Part shown: in pieces, positions 44,967 to 53,398 of the stretch
Layout of the letters: each line of letters opens with the position of its first letter
How positions within the stretch are numbered: position 1 is the stretch's first letter
NCBI GenBank assembly: GCA_963797605.1
Contig: CAWCPX010000009.1
Span: 867,950 to 931,949 of the forward strand
DNA: 64,000 nucleotides
From: an uncultured Actinomycetota bacterium
GTDB taxonomy: Bacteria > Actinomycetota > Actinomycetes > Mycobacteriales > Micromonosporaceae
Direction: 5' to 3'
Notes under the pieces: model-generated
The model's input: the letters and a program-made list of their open reading frames with translations, nothing else
The model's database searches: none
Told to the model about the DNA's origin: nothing
Translations under genes and position numbers: made by a program

Positions 44967-46151
44967 TCAGAGGCCGAGAACGCGGCGTCCACTCGCGAGC
45001 AGGACGGTGTCCTGCTGTGGCGGGTGGACGCGGATACAGAGCGCGTCGCGCAGATGCCGTTCGAGGGCGTGGTGCTTGGAGAGGCCGGGGTTGCCGAGCG
45101 CGGCGACCGCGGCTTGCGTCGCGGCGATCACCGACCGGGCGATGGCGACCTTGATGGCGGACAGTTCCGGCAAGATCGAGGTCTCGCCCGCCTCGACTCG
45201 CAGCAACGCGCCGTGCAGCAGCGTTTCCGCCTGCACGATCTGGAGATCGATCTCGCCCGCGACGGACTGGATCCGTTCGGTCTGCGCGATCGGTTTGCCC
45301 AACGCCGCGGGAACTCGGGTGCGGGCGAACCCGGCGAACGCCGTCCGCGCTGCCCGGGCCACGCCGACGTAGAGCGCTGGATGGCCGAAACCGGCCAGGC
45401 CCGCCATCGCGGCCGGGTCCCGGTAGACCCCGTCAGGGCCACGCGGGATCTCGACGAACGCGTCCGCGGGGAGACGGACGTTCTCGTAGATCACGTCATG
45501 TGTGTTCGAGGCGCGCAGGCCCAGGTGGTCCCACGTGTCGACCCAGGTGATCCCGGGCAGGTCGCCGGGCACGATGACGTGACCGACGCGAGGTCGCTCC
45601 GGGTTGCCACCCGGCTCGTCGGCGACGGCCCAGACGACGTGGTAGGCGAGGCCGGAGCCGCCGCTGGCGTACGCCTTGTGCCCGTTCAGGACCCAACCAT
45701 CGGGCGTGCGGGTGGCGGTCGTCTTCGGTAGGCCCCCGCGAGCGGGAGCACCCAACTCGGGTTCCGCCCGGACCGCGTTGACCAGGGCGGCGCCGGTTTG
45801 CGAGCGTCGCAGCAGATCGTCGTAGTATGCGACCGGCCAGTGCGGGTTGGCCGCCTGGCCGGCGTGGCTCATCAGGGAGTTCGCGGCGAGCAGGGCAACT
45901 GACGCGTCGCCTTCGCCGAGCGCCGTGAGGATGCGGACGATTTCCCGGGGGCCCGCGCCCGGTCCGCCGTACCGCGTGCCGACGGCCGCGGTGAGCAGAC
46001 CCGCCCGGTGCGCGACCTCGAGGCCCCGCCAGGGAATGTCGCCCGTGCGGTCGTACTCGGCAGCCGTCGTCGCGATCTCGGCGGTCACGGCGGCGAGCGC
46101 GTCGTCGGACAGGTCCGGGACGGCGAACGTGACGGTGGACGTGTCGGTCAT
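44967..46151 (-). CDS. acyl-CoA dehydrogenase-fold protein (SfnB/DszC-like sulfur-acquisition oxidoreductase)
   Basis: 394 aa with the ACAD N/M/C layout. The start overlaps the upstream stop as ATGA. It sits between an LLM gene and the ABC importer, as in sfn/ssu-type clusters. Confidence 0.8.
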   Translation of the reverse strand: MTDTSTVTFAVPDLSDDALAAVTAEIATTAAEYDRTGDIPWRGLEVAHRAGLLTAAVGTRYGGPGAGPREIVRILTALGEGDASVALLAANSLMSHAGQAANPHWPVAYYDDLLRRSQTGAALVNAVRAEPELGAPARGGLPKTTATRTPDGWVLNGHKAYASGGSGLAYHVVWAVADEPGGNPERPRVGHVIVPGDLPGITWVDTWDHLGLRASNTHDVIYENVRLPADAFVEIPRGPDGVYRDPAAMAGLAGFGHPALYVGVARAARTAFAGFARTRVPAALGKPIAQTERIQSVAGEIDLQIVQAETLLHGALLRVEAGETSILPELSAIKVAIARSVIAATQAAVAALGNPGLSKHHALERHLRDALCIRVHPPQQDTVLLASGRRVLGL

Positions 46152-47368
46152 GCCCGGGCCGCCGTGGCGTATTCGGCGTATCGGGTGCCGTAGTTGCCCA
46201 GGTTGTCGGCCTGCAGCGGGCCGCGCTGGCCGGTGGCTTTGCGGTGGGCGAGTTCCTGGCGGACCAGTGGCAGCACGTAGCGGCCGTAGTCGACGGCGTC
46301 GGCGAGGGTGTCGTAGCCGCGGATCGAGACCAGGGACGCCCCGCGGTCGACGTAGTCGAGGATCGCCGCGGCGACCGTCTCCGGCGAGCCGACGAGCGCG
46401 GTCGAGGCGCCAGCCGGCGTTGGTCGCCGCGGCGGTCTTCGTCCACAGTGCCCGGTCGTAGAGGTCCGATCGGGCGGCGAATGCGAGCGCGCGCTGCGAG
46501 CCGACGTTCTGCGGTGTGCCCTGGCGGTAGCGCTGCGCCCCGTACCCGGCGGCCTGGAAGGTCTCGGCGATCCTCGCGACGTATTCGTGCGCCTTCTCCC
46601 ACGCGAGTGCGTCGGTCTGGGCGATGATCGGGCGGAAGGTGACCCAGATGCGGGGCAGCGTGGTGCGCCCGGCCGCCCGCGCGATGGCGTGGACGCGGTC
46701 GATCTCGGCACGCAGGTCGTCCAGCGGTTCGCCCCAGAAGCTGAAGATGTCGGCCTGGGCGCCGCCGACCTGGAACGCCTCGTCGGACTGCCCGCCGATC
46801 GAGATCGGGATCGGGCCCGCGAACGGCGCGAATCCCGGTCCGAAGTCGTCGAACTTGTAGAACTCGCCGTCGTGGCTGAACGGAGCCGGCTCGGTCCACG
46901 ACCTGCGCAGGATGTCGATGTACTCGACGGTGCGGGCGTACCGTCGCTATTTGGGCAGGTAGTCGCCCTGGCGGGCCTGCTCGGCGTCGCTGCCGCCGGA
47001 GATGAGGTGCACGACCGCGCGGCCCTCGGTCAGCTGGTCGAGGGTGGCGAGCTTCTGCGCGCCGACCGTCGGGAAGGTCGTGTTCGGTCGCAGGGCGACG
47101 ATCGGGCCGGATCCGTTCGGTCAGGTGGCCGACGCGCGCTGGCGACGACGAACGAGTCGGCGGTGTTGGAGCCGTAGGGAAGCAGCGTGTAGTCGAACCG
47201 CCCGTCTTCCAGGGCTCGGACGTATCGGCGGAAGAACTGCAGGTCGATGCCTCGGGTCGGGATCGGTTCGAGTTCGGTCGACGGGTTCAGGTGCGAGAGG
47301 CTAATGAACTCGACTTCGGGCGACGCGGCCGGGGGGATCGCCTGGTCGAACGTGGGGGTGGCGGTCAT
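46148..47368 (-). pseudogene. SsuD/SfnG-like LLM monooxygenase with three frame changes and an in-frame TAG
   Basis: MTATPTFDQAIPPAASPEVEFISLSHLN...SFVVASA / VGHLTERIR / PIVALRPNTTFPTVGAQKLATLDQLTEGRAVVHLISGGSDAEQARQGDYLPK-TAG-RRYARTVEYIDILRRSW...WTKTAAATNAG / GASTALVGSPETVAAAILDYV...YATAARA*. Confidence 0.75.
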
Positions 47369-47435
47369 GGGGGACCTCTTTCTCTGCGGGCACGCGGCAT
47401 CGCGCCCGTTCGAGCGGGCGGCGGGTGGCGATCGG

Positions 47436-47471
47436 AAAATTGGCCTTCGTCATGCGCGCACAACCGAAGGC
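47436..47471 (-). terminator. terminator-like hairpin inside the operon leader (candidate attenuator)
   Basis: Minus strand GCCTTCG-N15-CGAAGGC followed by CAATTTTCC. It lies 42 nt after the uORF stop and 68 nt before ATG 47368. Confidence 0.4.
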
Positions 47472-47512
47472 GCGCGGGCTCGGGCCCCCGCCGGGCCAGG
47501 GGCTCTACAGGG

Positions 47513-47650
47513 TCAGCGACAACACGCCGCGCTGCGGCGCATGAGGTCAATGACGCGCCGGTGCGTCAGGCGCCTTCGTGACGCCGCGGGCAGGCCGGGA
47601 TCGGTGCACTTCGTCCGCTCGTCGCAGCGGATGCGCTTAATCCCGATCAT
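47513..47650 (-). CDS. candidate Cys-codon leader peptide (45 aa)
   Basis: ATG 47650 sits 7 nt after TATTCT (TANNNT). MIGIKRIRCDERTKCTDPGLPAASRRRLTHRRVIDLMRRSAACCR*. Paralog of the 20543..20671 peptide. Confidence 0.45.
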   Translation of the reverse strand: MIGIKRIRCDERTKCTDPGLPAASRRRLTHRRVIDLMRRSAACCR

Positions 47651-47671
47651 GCCTATCAGAATAGTAGGGAT
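47649..47671 (-). promoter_or_regulatory. ATCCCTA-N7-GATAGG dyad overlapping the uORF start
   Basis: Minus strand ATCCCTActattctGATAGGcAT, nested inside the 8-bp inverted repeat TTAATCCC...GGGATTAA. Confidence 0.45.
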
Positions 47672-47849
47672 TAATGATCGCGTCCAACGCCGATACGCGA
47701 TCGACATCGATCGCGAAGGCTTATCACAGGAGGCGGGGACCGGCGTGCCGGCCCGACGTCACGGGCGATCGTCGGGAGCGGCCACCTGGCTCGCGCCGCA
47801 GGCGACCGCGCACACGACACCGCAGCCTCAGCGGCGGCGAGACCCGTGG

Positions 47850-48020
47850 TCAGCGGGTTCGGCGCGTGACCCGGCTCCGGCCCCGGAACGCGCCGAAGAC
47901 CAACGTGAACGCGAACAGCACGCACGCGATGATGAACAGCCAGAACAGGCCGTGCACGACGAAGCCGATGAGTCCGAGCACGATCCAGACGATGACGAGT
48001 GCCAGCAGAAACGCGATCAC
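47850..48020 (-). CDS. small hydrophobic protein (56 aa, hypothetical)
   Basis: GTG 48020, 15 nt after the PRC-barrel stop. VIAFLLALVIVWIVLGLIGFVVHGLFWLFIIACVLFAFTLVFGAFRGRSRVTRRTR*. Below the ORF-track size cutoff. Confidence 0.35.
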   Translation of the reverse strand: MIAFLLALVIVWIVLGLIGFVVHGLFWLFIIACVLFAFTLVFGAFRGRSRVTRRTR

Positions 48021-48035
48021 CGTGTCACCACGGCA

Positions 48036-48392
48036 TTACCGCCTTCCCAGCCGACGTTCGCCCGACAGTCCGGGCTGATACTGAAGGCCGTAATGCTCGA
48101 AGATCGCCGGCTCGTCTGCGGCCGCGAGTTCGCCGTCCACATCGATCGCAGGTGCGTCCTTGACCAACTTCTTGCCGACCTGCACGCGGACGTATTTCGG
48201 GGCCACCGTGGCGCCGGCGAGCGGCACGAAGACGAGCCGGTGGCGCCCGACCATGCCGACGCGCACCGTCGCGAACACCGGTTCTTCGGTCGCCGTGTCG
48301 AAGTAGACCGCCTCGAGCGAACCGATCTTCGAAGCATCGGCGTCGACGACGTCATGGCCCCGCCAATCGCGGAGATCCCCGGCCTCGAACAC
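48036..48392 (-). CDS. PRC-barrel domain-containing protein
   Basis: GTG 48392 behind GAGGAGG. VVDADASKIGSLEAVYFD...RHRLVFVPL. Confidence 0.75.
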   Translation of the reverse strand: MFEAGDLRDWRGHDVVDADASKIGSLEAVYFDTATEEPVFATVRVGMVGRHRLVFVPLAGATVAPKYVRVQVGKKLVKDAPAIDVDGELAAADEPAIFEHYGLQYQPGLSGERRLGRR

Positions 48393-48423
48393 GCAGCCTC
48401 CTCGCGAACGACGCAAATCACCT

Positions 48424-48449
48424 GTACCAGCCACGCTAGTCGAGAAAAC
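48424..48449 (-). promoter_or_regulatory. weaker SigB/SigF-type promoter candidate
   Basis: Minus strand GTTT-N16-TGGTAC, 32 nt upstream of the PRC-barrel GTG. Confidence 0.3.
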
Positions 48450-48523
48450 GAGCAGGTCGAGGCGTTCGCCGACATCGCCGGCCGGGAGCGCGAGCAGAGC
48501 CCGTCTCCCGGCCGACCCGACCG

Positions 48524-49339
48524 CTATCGAACGCGGCGGTATTCGACGTGCTTACTCCAGATCTTCACGTGCCGGACGCTCGCACCGGAGTGCGGAGCCT
48601 CCCACCACGTGCCCTTGCCGGCGTAGATGGCGACGTGCGTCGCGTACGACCCCGACATGACGAACACGAGGTCACCGGGGCGTACGTTTTTCGCCGAGAC
48701 CCGGGTTCCGTAGCGCTTCTGCGAGTTCGCCTGGTGTGGCAGCGCGATACCGAAGCGCCCGTAGACGTACTTCACCAGACCGGAACAGTCGAACGAGTGC
48801 GGTCCGGCCGCCCCGTACGCGTACGGGCGGCCCTTCTCCTTCGCGGCCGCCGCGACGATCGCCGGACCGATGTCGGCCGGCTTCGCGACGACGGTGACGC
48901 TCGGAGTGTTGACCGCGTCATAGATCTTCGTGCCCGCCGCCGAAACGGCCGACAGGTCGATCTGATAGCGGTGCGTCACGGTCGGGGTGAACGTGAACGT
49001 CGCCGAACCGCCGGCCGAGAGCGCCTTGGTCGAGACGTACTTCCACCCGGCTTTCGTGTGGACGTAGAACCTCGCCCGTGCCGAGGCCACGGCGGCGCCG
49101 GCTCGGGTCCGCTCGGTCACGGTGAACGTGACCGGGTGTCCCGAGGTGACGCCGGAGTGGTTCGCTACCAGTTTCGCCACCGGAGTGGCGGGTGCCGCGG
49201 AGCCGGCCGTGGTGACGGCGGCGTTCGCCGGGGTGGACCCGACGGTGGCGCCGACGATGCCGGCCGCGGCGAGAGATGCCGTCGCTGCGAGCCGCCGCGC
49301 GTTGGTGGGCGTGCGGCGACCGTGCTCGGGGGTTGACAC
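48524..49339 (-). CDS. C40 (NlpC/P60) family peptidoglycan peptidase
   Basis: Signal peptide, then the catalytic region YAYGAAGPHSFDCSGLVKYVY...GDLVFV...HVAIYAG. Confidence 0.85.
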   Translation of the reverse strand: MSTPEHGRRTPTNARRLAATASLAAAGIVGATVGSTPANAAVTTAGSAAPATPVAKLVANHSGVTSGHPVTFTVTERTRAGAAVASARARFYVHTKAGWKYVSTKALSAGGSATFTFTPTVTHRYQIDLSAVSAAGTKIYDAVNTPSVTVVAKPADIGPAIVAAAAKEKGRPYAYGAAGPHSFDCSGLVKYVYGRFGIALPHQANSQKRYGTRVSAKNVRPGDLVFVMSGSYATHVAIYAGKGTWWEAPHSGASVRHVKIWSKHVEYRRVR

Positions 49340-49344
49340 AGATC

Positions 49345-49510
49345 ATTCCCTTCGGAACGCCTGCGAGGTCAGCTGTCGGGTTCGGGACGAAGGTGCCCGG
49401 CCCGCCGCGTACGGCTTGGCTTCACCCCAAGACGCGGCCGAAAAGCGCCGCGCCGATCGTGGGTTCCCCGCTTCTGCCCGTTGCCCCGTTGTCGACACTG
49501 TGTTGGCGCC
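49345..49510 (-). promoter_or_regulatory. ydaO/yuaA-type cyclic-di-AMP riboswitch (ends approximate)
   Basis: The minus strand contains GCGGGGAACCCA, UGGGGUGAAGCC and CCCGAACCCGACAGCUGACCUCGCAGGCGU. These match the three conserved blocks of the ydaO motif as I recall them from Bacillus subtilis. The element lies directly upstream of the NlpC/P60 RBS. Confidence 0.7.
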
Positions 49511-49764
49511 GTCCCGGGCGGACAGAACTCGGCGTGACCCGAACGCGACACCAGCCGGGTTGAGGCCGGCATGCCTGTCTACCTCGAATCACCCGGCCAC
49601 GCCGAAGTCCGAAATCGGACGGCCGGGGCGAGACGCGGCGGCGACATTTCGCGACCGCGACGGTAATGTCGGAAAAATACTCACGCTGAGTGATGACTAT
49701 TGTCCACAGTGTCACCAGATCGTATCGAGGAGAGTGAGTGGCCTCACGAAGACGGCGGCGGCGT

Positions 49765-50715
49765 TCAGTGCACCAGCACGATCTTGCCGCGGGCGTGCCG
49801 GGTCTCGCTCAGTTCGTGCGCGGCCGCCGCTTCGGCAAGCGGGAAGGCCGCCGCGACCGGGACCCGCAACCGGCCCTCGCCGGCAAGCGCGACGGCGACC
49901 GCGAGGCCGTGTACCGCCGGCGGATCGGCGGCGGTCGCGAGGCGCGCGCCCGTGACATCCACGGGCGCGCCGTGGGACAGGTGCACGCCGTGGCTTGCCG
50001 CCGTGAAGTCCGCGATCGTCACCACCCGGGCAGTGCCGCCGGCGATGGCGATGAGATCGGGCAGCGCTCCCCCGGCACAGTCGAAGACCGCGTCCACTCC
50101 GTCCGGCGCCAGCGCGCGTACGCGGTCGCCGAGCCCCGCGCCGTATGTCGTCGGCTCGGCACCCAAGGAACGCAGGAAGTCGTGGTTGCGTTCGCTCGCC
50201 GTGCCGATGACCCGGGCACCGCGAGCGACTGCCAGTTGCACCGCGATGGTGCCCGTGCCGCCGGCCGCCCCCTGCAGGAGCACCGTGTCGCCGGCACCGA
50301 CACCGAGGCGGTCGAGCACCCGGGTGCCCGTCTCGACACCGCCGCCGGCGCCGCCCGCCTCCTCCCAACTCCACCCGGACGGCTTGGGCGCCCAGGCGGC
50401 CAGCACCGCAAAGTCGGCGTTCGCGGCACGCGCCGTCATGGTGGTCATGCCGAACACCTCGTCGCCGACGTCGACTCCGGTCACGTCGGAGCCGATTTCG
50501 TCCACCACTCCGGCGGCGTCGAATCCCGTCCGATACGGGAACGTCAGCGGAACCCGGTCGCGCCACACGCCGGAGCGCAGGTACGTCTCCCCCGGCGAGA
50601 TCCCGGAGGCCCGGACGGCGATGCGGACCTGACCCGGGCCGGCGTGCGGCTCGGCCACCTCGGCGACGTGGACGACGTTCGGCGGCCCGTACTCGGTGAA
50701 TTGAACAGCTCTCAT
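49765..50715 (-). CDS. NADPH:quinone oxidoreductase / zinc-type alcohol dehydrogenase family protein
   Basis: ATG 50715 (MRAVQFTEYGPPNVVHVAEV...). Nucleotide motif GAAGGTGTIAVQLA. Confidence 0.85.
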   Translation of the reverse strand: MRAVQFTEYGPPNVVHVAEVAEPHAGPGQVRIAVRASGISPGETYLRSGVWRDRVPLTFPYRTGFDAAGVVDEIGSDVTGVDVGDEVFGMTTMTARAANADFAVLAAWAPKPSGWSWEEAGGAGGGVETGTRVLDRLGVGAGDTVLLQGAAGGTGTIAVQLAVARGARVIGTASERNHDFLRSLGAEPTTYGAGLGDRVRALAPDGVDAVFDCAGGALPDLIAIAGGTARVVTIADFTAASHGVHLSHGAPVDVTGARLATAADPPAVHGLAVAVALAGEGRLRVPVAAAFPLAEAAAAHELSETRHARGKIVLVH

Positions 50716-50761
50716 GCCGGCGACCGTAACGGAGCACCCCGTCCGTTTGGCTAAAGTGATA

Positions 50762-51385
50762 GTGGTGACCGCCGAAGTGGTAGAGACGCTCCGCTCGGAC
50801 GCCCGCGACAACCGCGCTCGCATCCTCATCGTCGCCCGGGCCGCCTTCGCCGCCGACGGCCTCGACGTGCCCATCCGCGAGATCGCCCGGCGCGCGCAGG
50901 TCGGTGTCGCGACCGTCTACCGGCATTTCCAGACCAAGGAAGCACTGCTGACGGCCGCGTTCGCCGAGCAGATGACCGCGTGCTCCGCCGTCGTCGAGGA
51001 GGGCCTGGCCGCCGGCGACGCGTGGCTCGGGTTCCGCTTGGTGATCGAGAAGCTGATGGAGATGCACGCTCTCGACCGGGGGTTCGCGCGCGCCTTCACG
51101 TCCCGGTTTCCCGTCGCGGTCGAGTTCGCCCGGGACCGCGACCGGGCGCTGCGGCTCCTGCTCGAACTGGTGCGGCGGGCGAAGGAGGCCGGCCGATTGC
51201 GACCGGATTTGGTGCTGGAGGACATCAGCCTGGCACTGATGGCCAACGAGGGCATCCGGGCAGAGTCGCCGGAGATGCGGGTGGCGGCATCACGGCGGTT
51301 CGCGGCCCTGATGATCCAGTCGTTCCAGGCCCATCCAGTGCCGGCGCCACTGCCGCCCGCCGTCCGGCTGCCGCTGTCTCGATAG
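50762..51385 (+). CDS. TetR/AcrR family transcriptional regulator
   Basis: HTH ARAAFAADGLDVPIREIARRAQVGVATVYRHFQTKEAL. GTG starts at 50756/50762/65 are preferred over ATG 50714, which would leave no intergenic space. Confidence 0.85.
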   Translation: MVTAEVVETLRSDARDNRARILIVARAAFAADGLDVPIREIARRAQVGVATVYRHFQTKEALLTAAFAEQMTACSAVVEEGLAAGDAWLGFRLVIEKLMEMHALDRGFARAFTSRFPVAVEFARDRDRALRLLLELVRRAKEAGRLRPDLVLEDISLALMANEGIRAESPEMRVAASRRFAALMIQSFQAHPVPAPLPPAVRLPLSR

Positions 51386-51718
51386 TCAGCGTTCGTCGGC
51401 GCCCACCGTCTCGGCCTGTTCGACCTGGTGAATGATCTGTTTGAGATGGGCGATCTCATCTCGGAGCGCGGCTTTCCCGGCCGGCGTGAGCGTGACCCAG
51501 GTGCGCGGCCGTTTGCCTTCGTAGCCCTTTTCGATGTGGATCAGGTCGGCCCTCTCGAGCACGGTCAGGTGCTGGCCGAGGTTGCCGGCGGTCAGGTCCA
51601 GCGTGGTGCGCAGGAAGCCGAACTCCGCCCGGCGCGCCTCGTGCGCGATCGTCAGGATGCCGAGCCGGACCCGCTGGTGGACGATGTCGTCGAGGCCGTT
51701 GGCCGGGTGATCGGTCAT
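51386..51718 (-). CDS. winged-helix (ArsR/MarR-like) transcriptional regulator
   Basis: ATG 51718. VHQRVRLGILTIAHEARRAEFGFLRTTLDLTAGNLGQHLTVLERADLI. Confidence 0.7.
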   Translation of the reverse strand: MTDHPANGLDDIVHQRVRLGILTIAHEARRAEFGFLRTTLDLTAGNLGQHLTVLERADLIHIEKGYEGKRPRTWVTLTPAGKAALRDEIAHLKQIIHQVEQAETVGADER

Positions 51719-52018
51719 CGCGAATTCCAGCGCGCGGGCGGACGCGTCGCGGCGAAGCCGACACTTCCGATCAGCAGCAGCCCTGCGGGAACCAGCAGCA
51801 CCGGCAGGAAAGCCCACGGCGAGGACGAGCGGATGACCTGGTTGCCCTGGATCACCACGATGACGAGGAAGACGACGCGTACGCGAGGAGCCCGGGTTGT
51901 GCTCCACCCACGCGAGAGTCAGGAGGGCTAGGCAGATCGCGACGGCCGGCGCGGCCAGACCGTAGAGGAACCCGTGCGCGGGCGGCGTGCCGACGCCGTG
52001 CGCGTTGGACGACGGCAT
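51715..52018 (-). pseudogene. small three-TM membrane protein, one frame change
   Basis: MPSSNAHGVGTPPAHGFLYGLAAPAVAICLALLTLAWVEH.. shifts near 51880-51900 to ..RVRVVFLVIVVIQGNQVIRSSSPWAFLPVLLVPAGLLLIGSVGFAATRPPARWNSR*. The stop overlaps the regulator start as ATGA. Confidence 0.45.
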
Positions 52019-52197
52019 GAGCGGGTGGAGCGCCCGCCACAGCGACGCGGCCGCCAGCTCGTGGGGACCATCCGCCTGCGGGGCGGATTGTTTGTTATGC
52101 AGTTAGCTTTGCATTACAGACTAGTCGACGCAAGTGATGACATGAAAACGGCCAGGATGGCGCATCCCCGGCCCCGCCATGGAGCGACCACGACAGG

Positions 52198-52950
52198 ATG
52201 CTTACGATCCATTTGCCCGCGATTCCACCGCTTCCGCTGGCAGGATTTGAGCTTGTGACGACCGACGAGCCGGGAGCAGCCGCGGACGTTACCGGGACCG
52301 ACGCTGCGAAGGTCGGCGAGAGTCGCTGGCCGATGGCGCTTGCTGTGCTGGCCGCCGGCGGATTACGGGCGGCGCTGGCCCCGCAGATCCGGACCGGCGA
52401 CGCGCGCTGGCTGTTTCTGCTGACGCTGATCCCGCTGCTCGCGGTGCTGATCATCGGCGATCCCGGGCGCATCGACCGCGATTCACGGTGGCTGCGCGTG
52501 GCCACGGGCACCCTGATCGGCTTCATCACGCTGGTGAACGCGGGCGCCGCGGTGCGACTGGTCATCGGCATCGTCGGGGCGAAGCCGTTCACCAATAACG
52601 CCGACGTCCTGCTGATCAGCGGCGGCGCGGTATGGCTGACGAACGTGATCGCCTTCGGCCTGTGGTTCTGGGACCTCGACCGTGGCGGGGCGGCGGCACG
52701 CGCGCGCGGCTCAACTCGGCGGCCGGGGTTCGTCTTCCCCGAGATGACGAACTCGGCCTACGTCGCGCCGAACTGGTACCCGAAATTCGTCGACTACCTG
52801 TTCCTGTCGTTCGCGACCGCGACGGCGTTCAGCCCGACCGATGTCTCGGCCATCAAGCCCTGGGCGAAACTGATGATGGCGGCCGAGGAAGCGATCTCGC
52901 TACTGGTCGCGCTGCTCGTCGTCGCACGGGCCGTGAACATCTTGAAATGA
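52198..52950 (+). CDS. DUF1345-like integral membrane protein
   Basis: 250-aa ORF with several TM segments and the WFWDLDRGG / FVFPEM / YLFLSFATATAFSPTD pattern. The start is uncertain. Confidence 0.65.
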   Translation: MLTIHLPAIPPLPLAGFELVTTDEPGAAADVTGTDAAKVGESRWPMALAVLAAGGLRAALAPQIRTGDARWLFLLTLIPLLAVLIIGDPGRIDRDSRWLRVATGTLIGFITLVNAGAAVRLVIGIVGAKPFTNNADVLLISGGAVWLTNVIAFGLWFWDLDRGGAAARARGSTRRPGFVFPEMTNSAYVAPNWYPKFVDYLFLSFATATAFSPTDVSAIKPWAKLMMAAEEAISLLVALLVVARAVNILK

Positions 52951-52951
52951 C

Positions 52952-53398
52952 CTACGGCGCGGACGGGTACTTCCGGGCGAGGTGCTCCAACCGGTTCAGT
53001 GATTCGGTGTTCCGCGCGTGCAACACGACGTCGGCGACCTGATTGCGCAGCGCCAACGCCGGGCCGCCGACGAACTGCTCCTCCATCCGCACCCGGCAGC
53101 CGCCACTCGAGACCGGTTCCCAGGACATCCGCACGGTCGCTTCGCCGAAGGGTCGCAGCCGCGCGCGCAAGACCAGGGAACGATCCGGCTCGTAGGAAAC
53201 CACCTCGGTGTTGTCGTTGATGGTCAGCGGCCACGCGCCGATGCGATGGTGGACCTTGCTGCCCGCGGACGGCCACGTCGCGTCGACATCACGCACGTGG
53301 ACGGCGCCGACGACCCAGTCGGCGTAGTTCCACCCATCCGCGAGAACCGCGGTAATCTGCGCGGTCGTCGCATCAAGTACCCGCTCGTTGACTGACAT
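52952..53398 (-). CDS. SRPBCC (polyketide cyclase/dehydrase-like) family protein
   Basis: 148 aa. WNYADWVVGAV... The start overlaps the upstream stop (TGATG). Confidence 0.75.
   Translation of the reverse strand: MSVNERVLDATTAQITAVLADGWNYADWVVGAVHVRDVDATWPSAGSKVHHRIGAWPLTINDNTEVVSYEPDRSLVLRARLRPFGEATVRMSWEPVSSGGCRVRMEEQFVGGPALALRNQVADVVLHARNTESLNRLEHLARKYPSAP

Noticed and set aside
45496-46899. 467-aa Arg/Pro-rich ORF on the minus strand
   Set aside because: It is an out-of-frame reading across the SfnB-like gene and the broken LLM gene. The family-like translations lie in other frames.
46947-46949. In-frame TAG considered as a recoding signal (e.g. pyrrolysine or readthrough)
   Set aside because: A +1/-1 indel pair within 8 nt restores a family-typical KSDRY sequence. 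No recoding machinery or signal is evident, and the gene has other frame breaks.
47247-48626. 459-aa ORF on the plus strand
   Set aside because: It spans the operon leader, an intergenic region and the antisense of the PRC-barrel and NlpC/P60 genes, and its codon bias is not coding-like.
49712-51067. 451-aa ORF on the minus strand
   Set aside because: It is out of frame with the quinone oxidoreductase and antisense to the TetR gene. The translation is Arg/Gly-rich nonsense.
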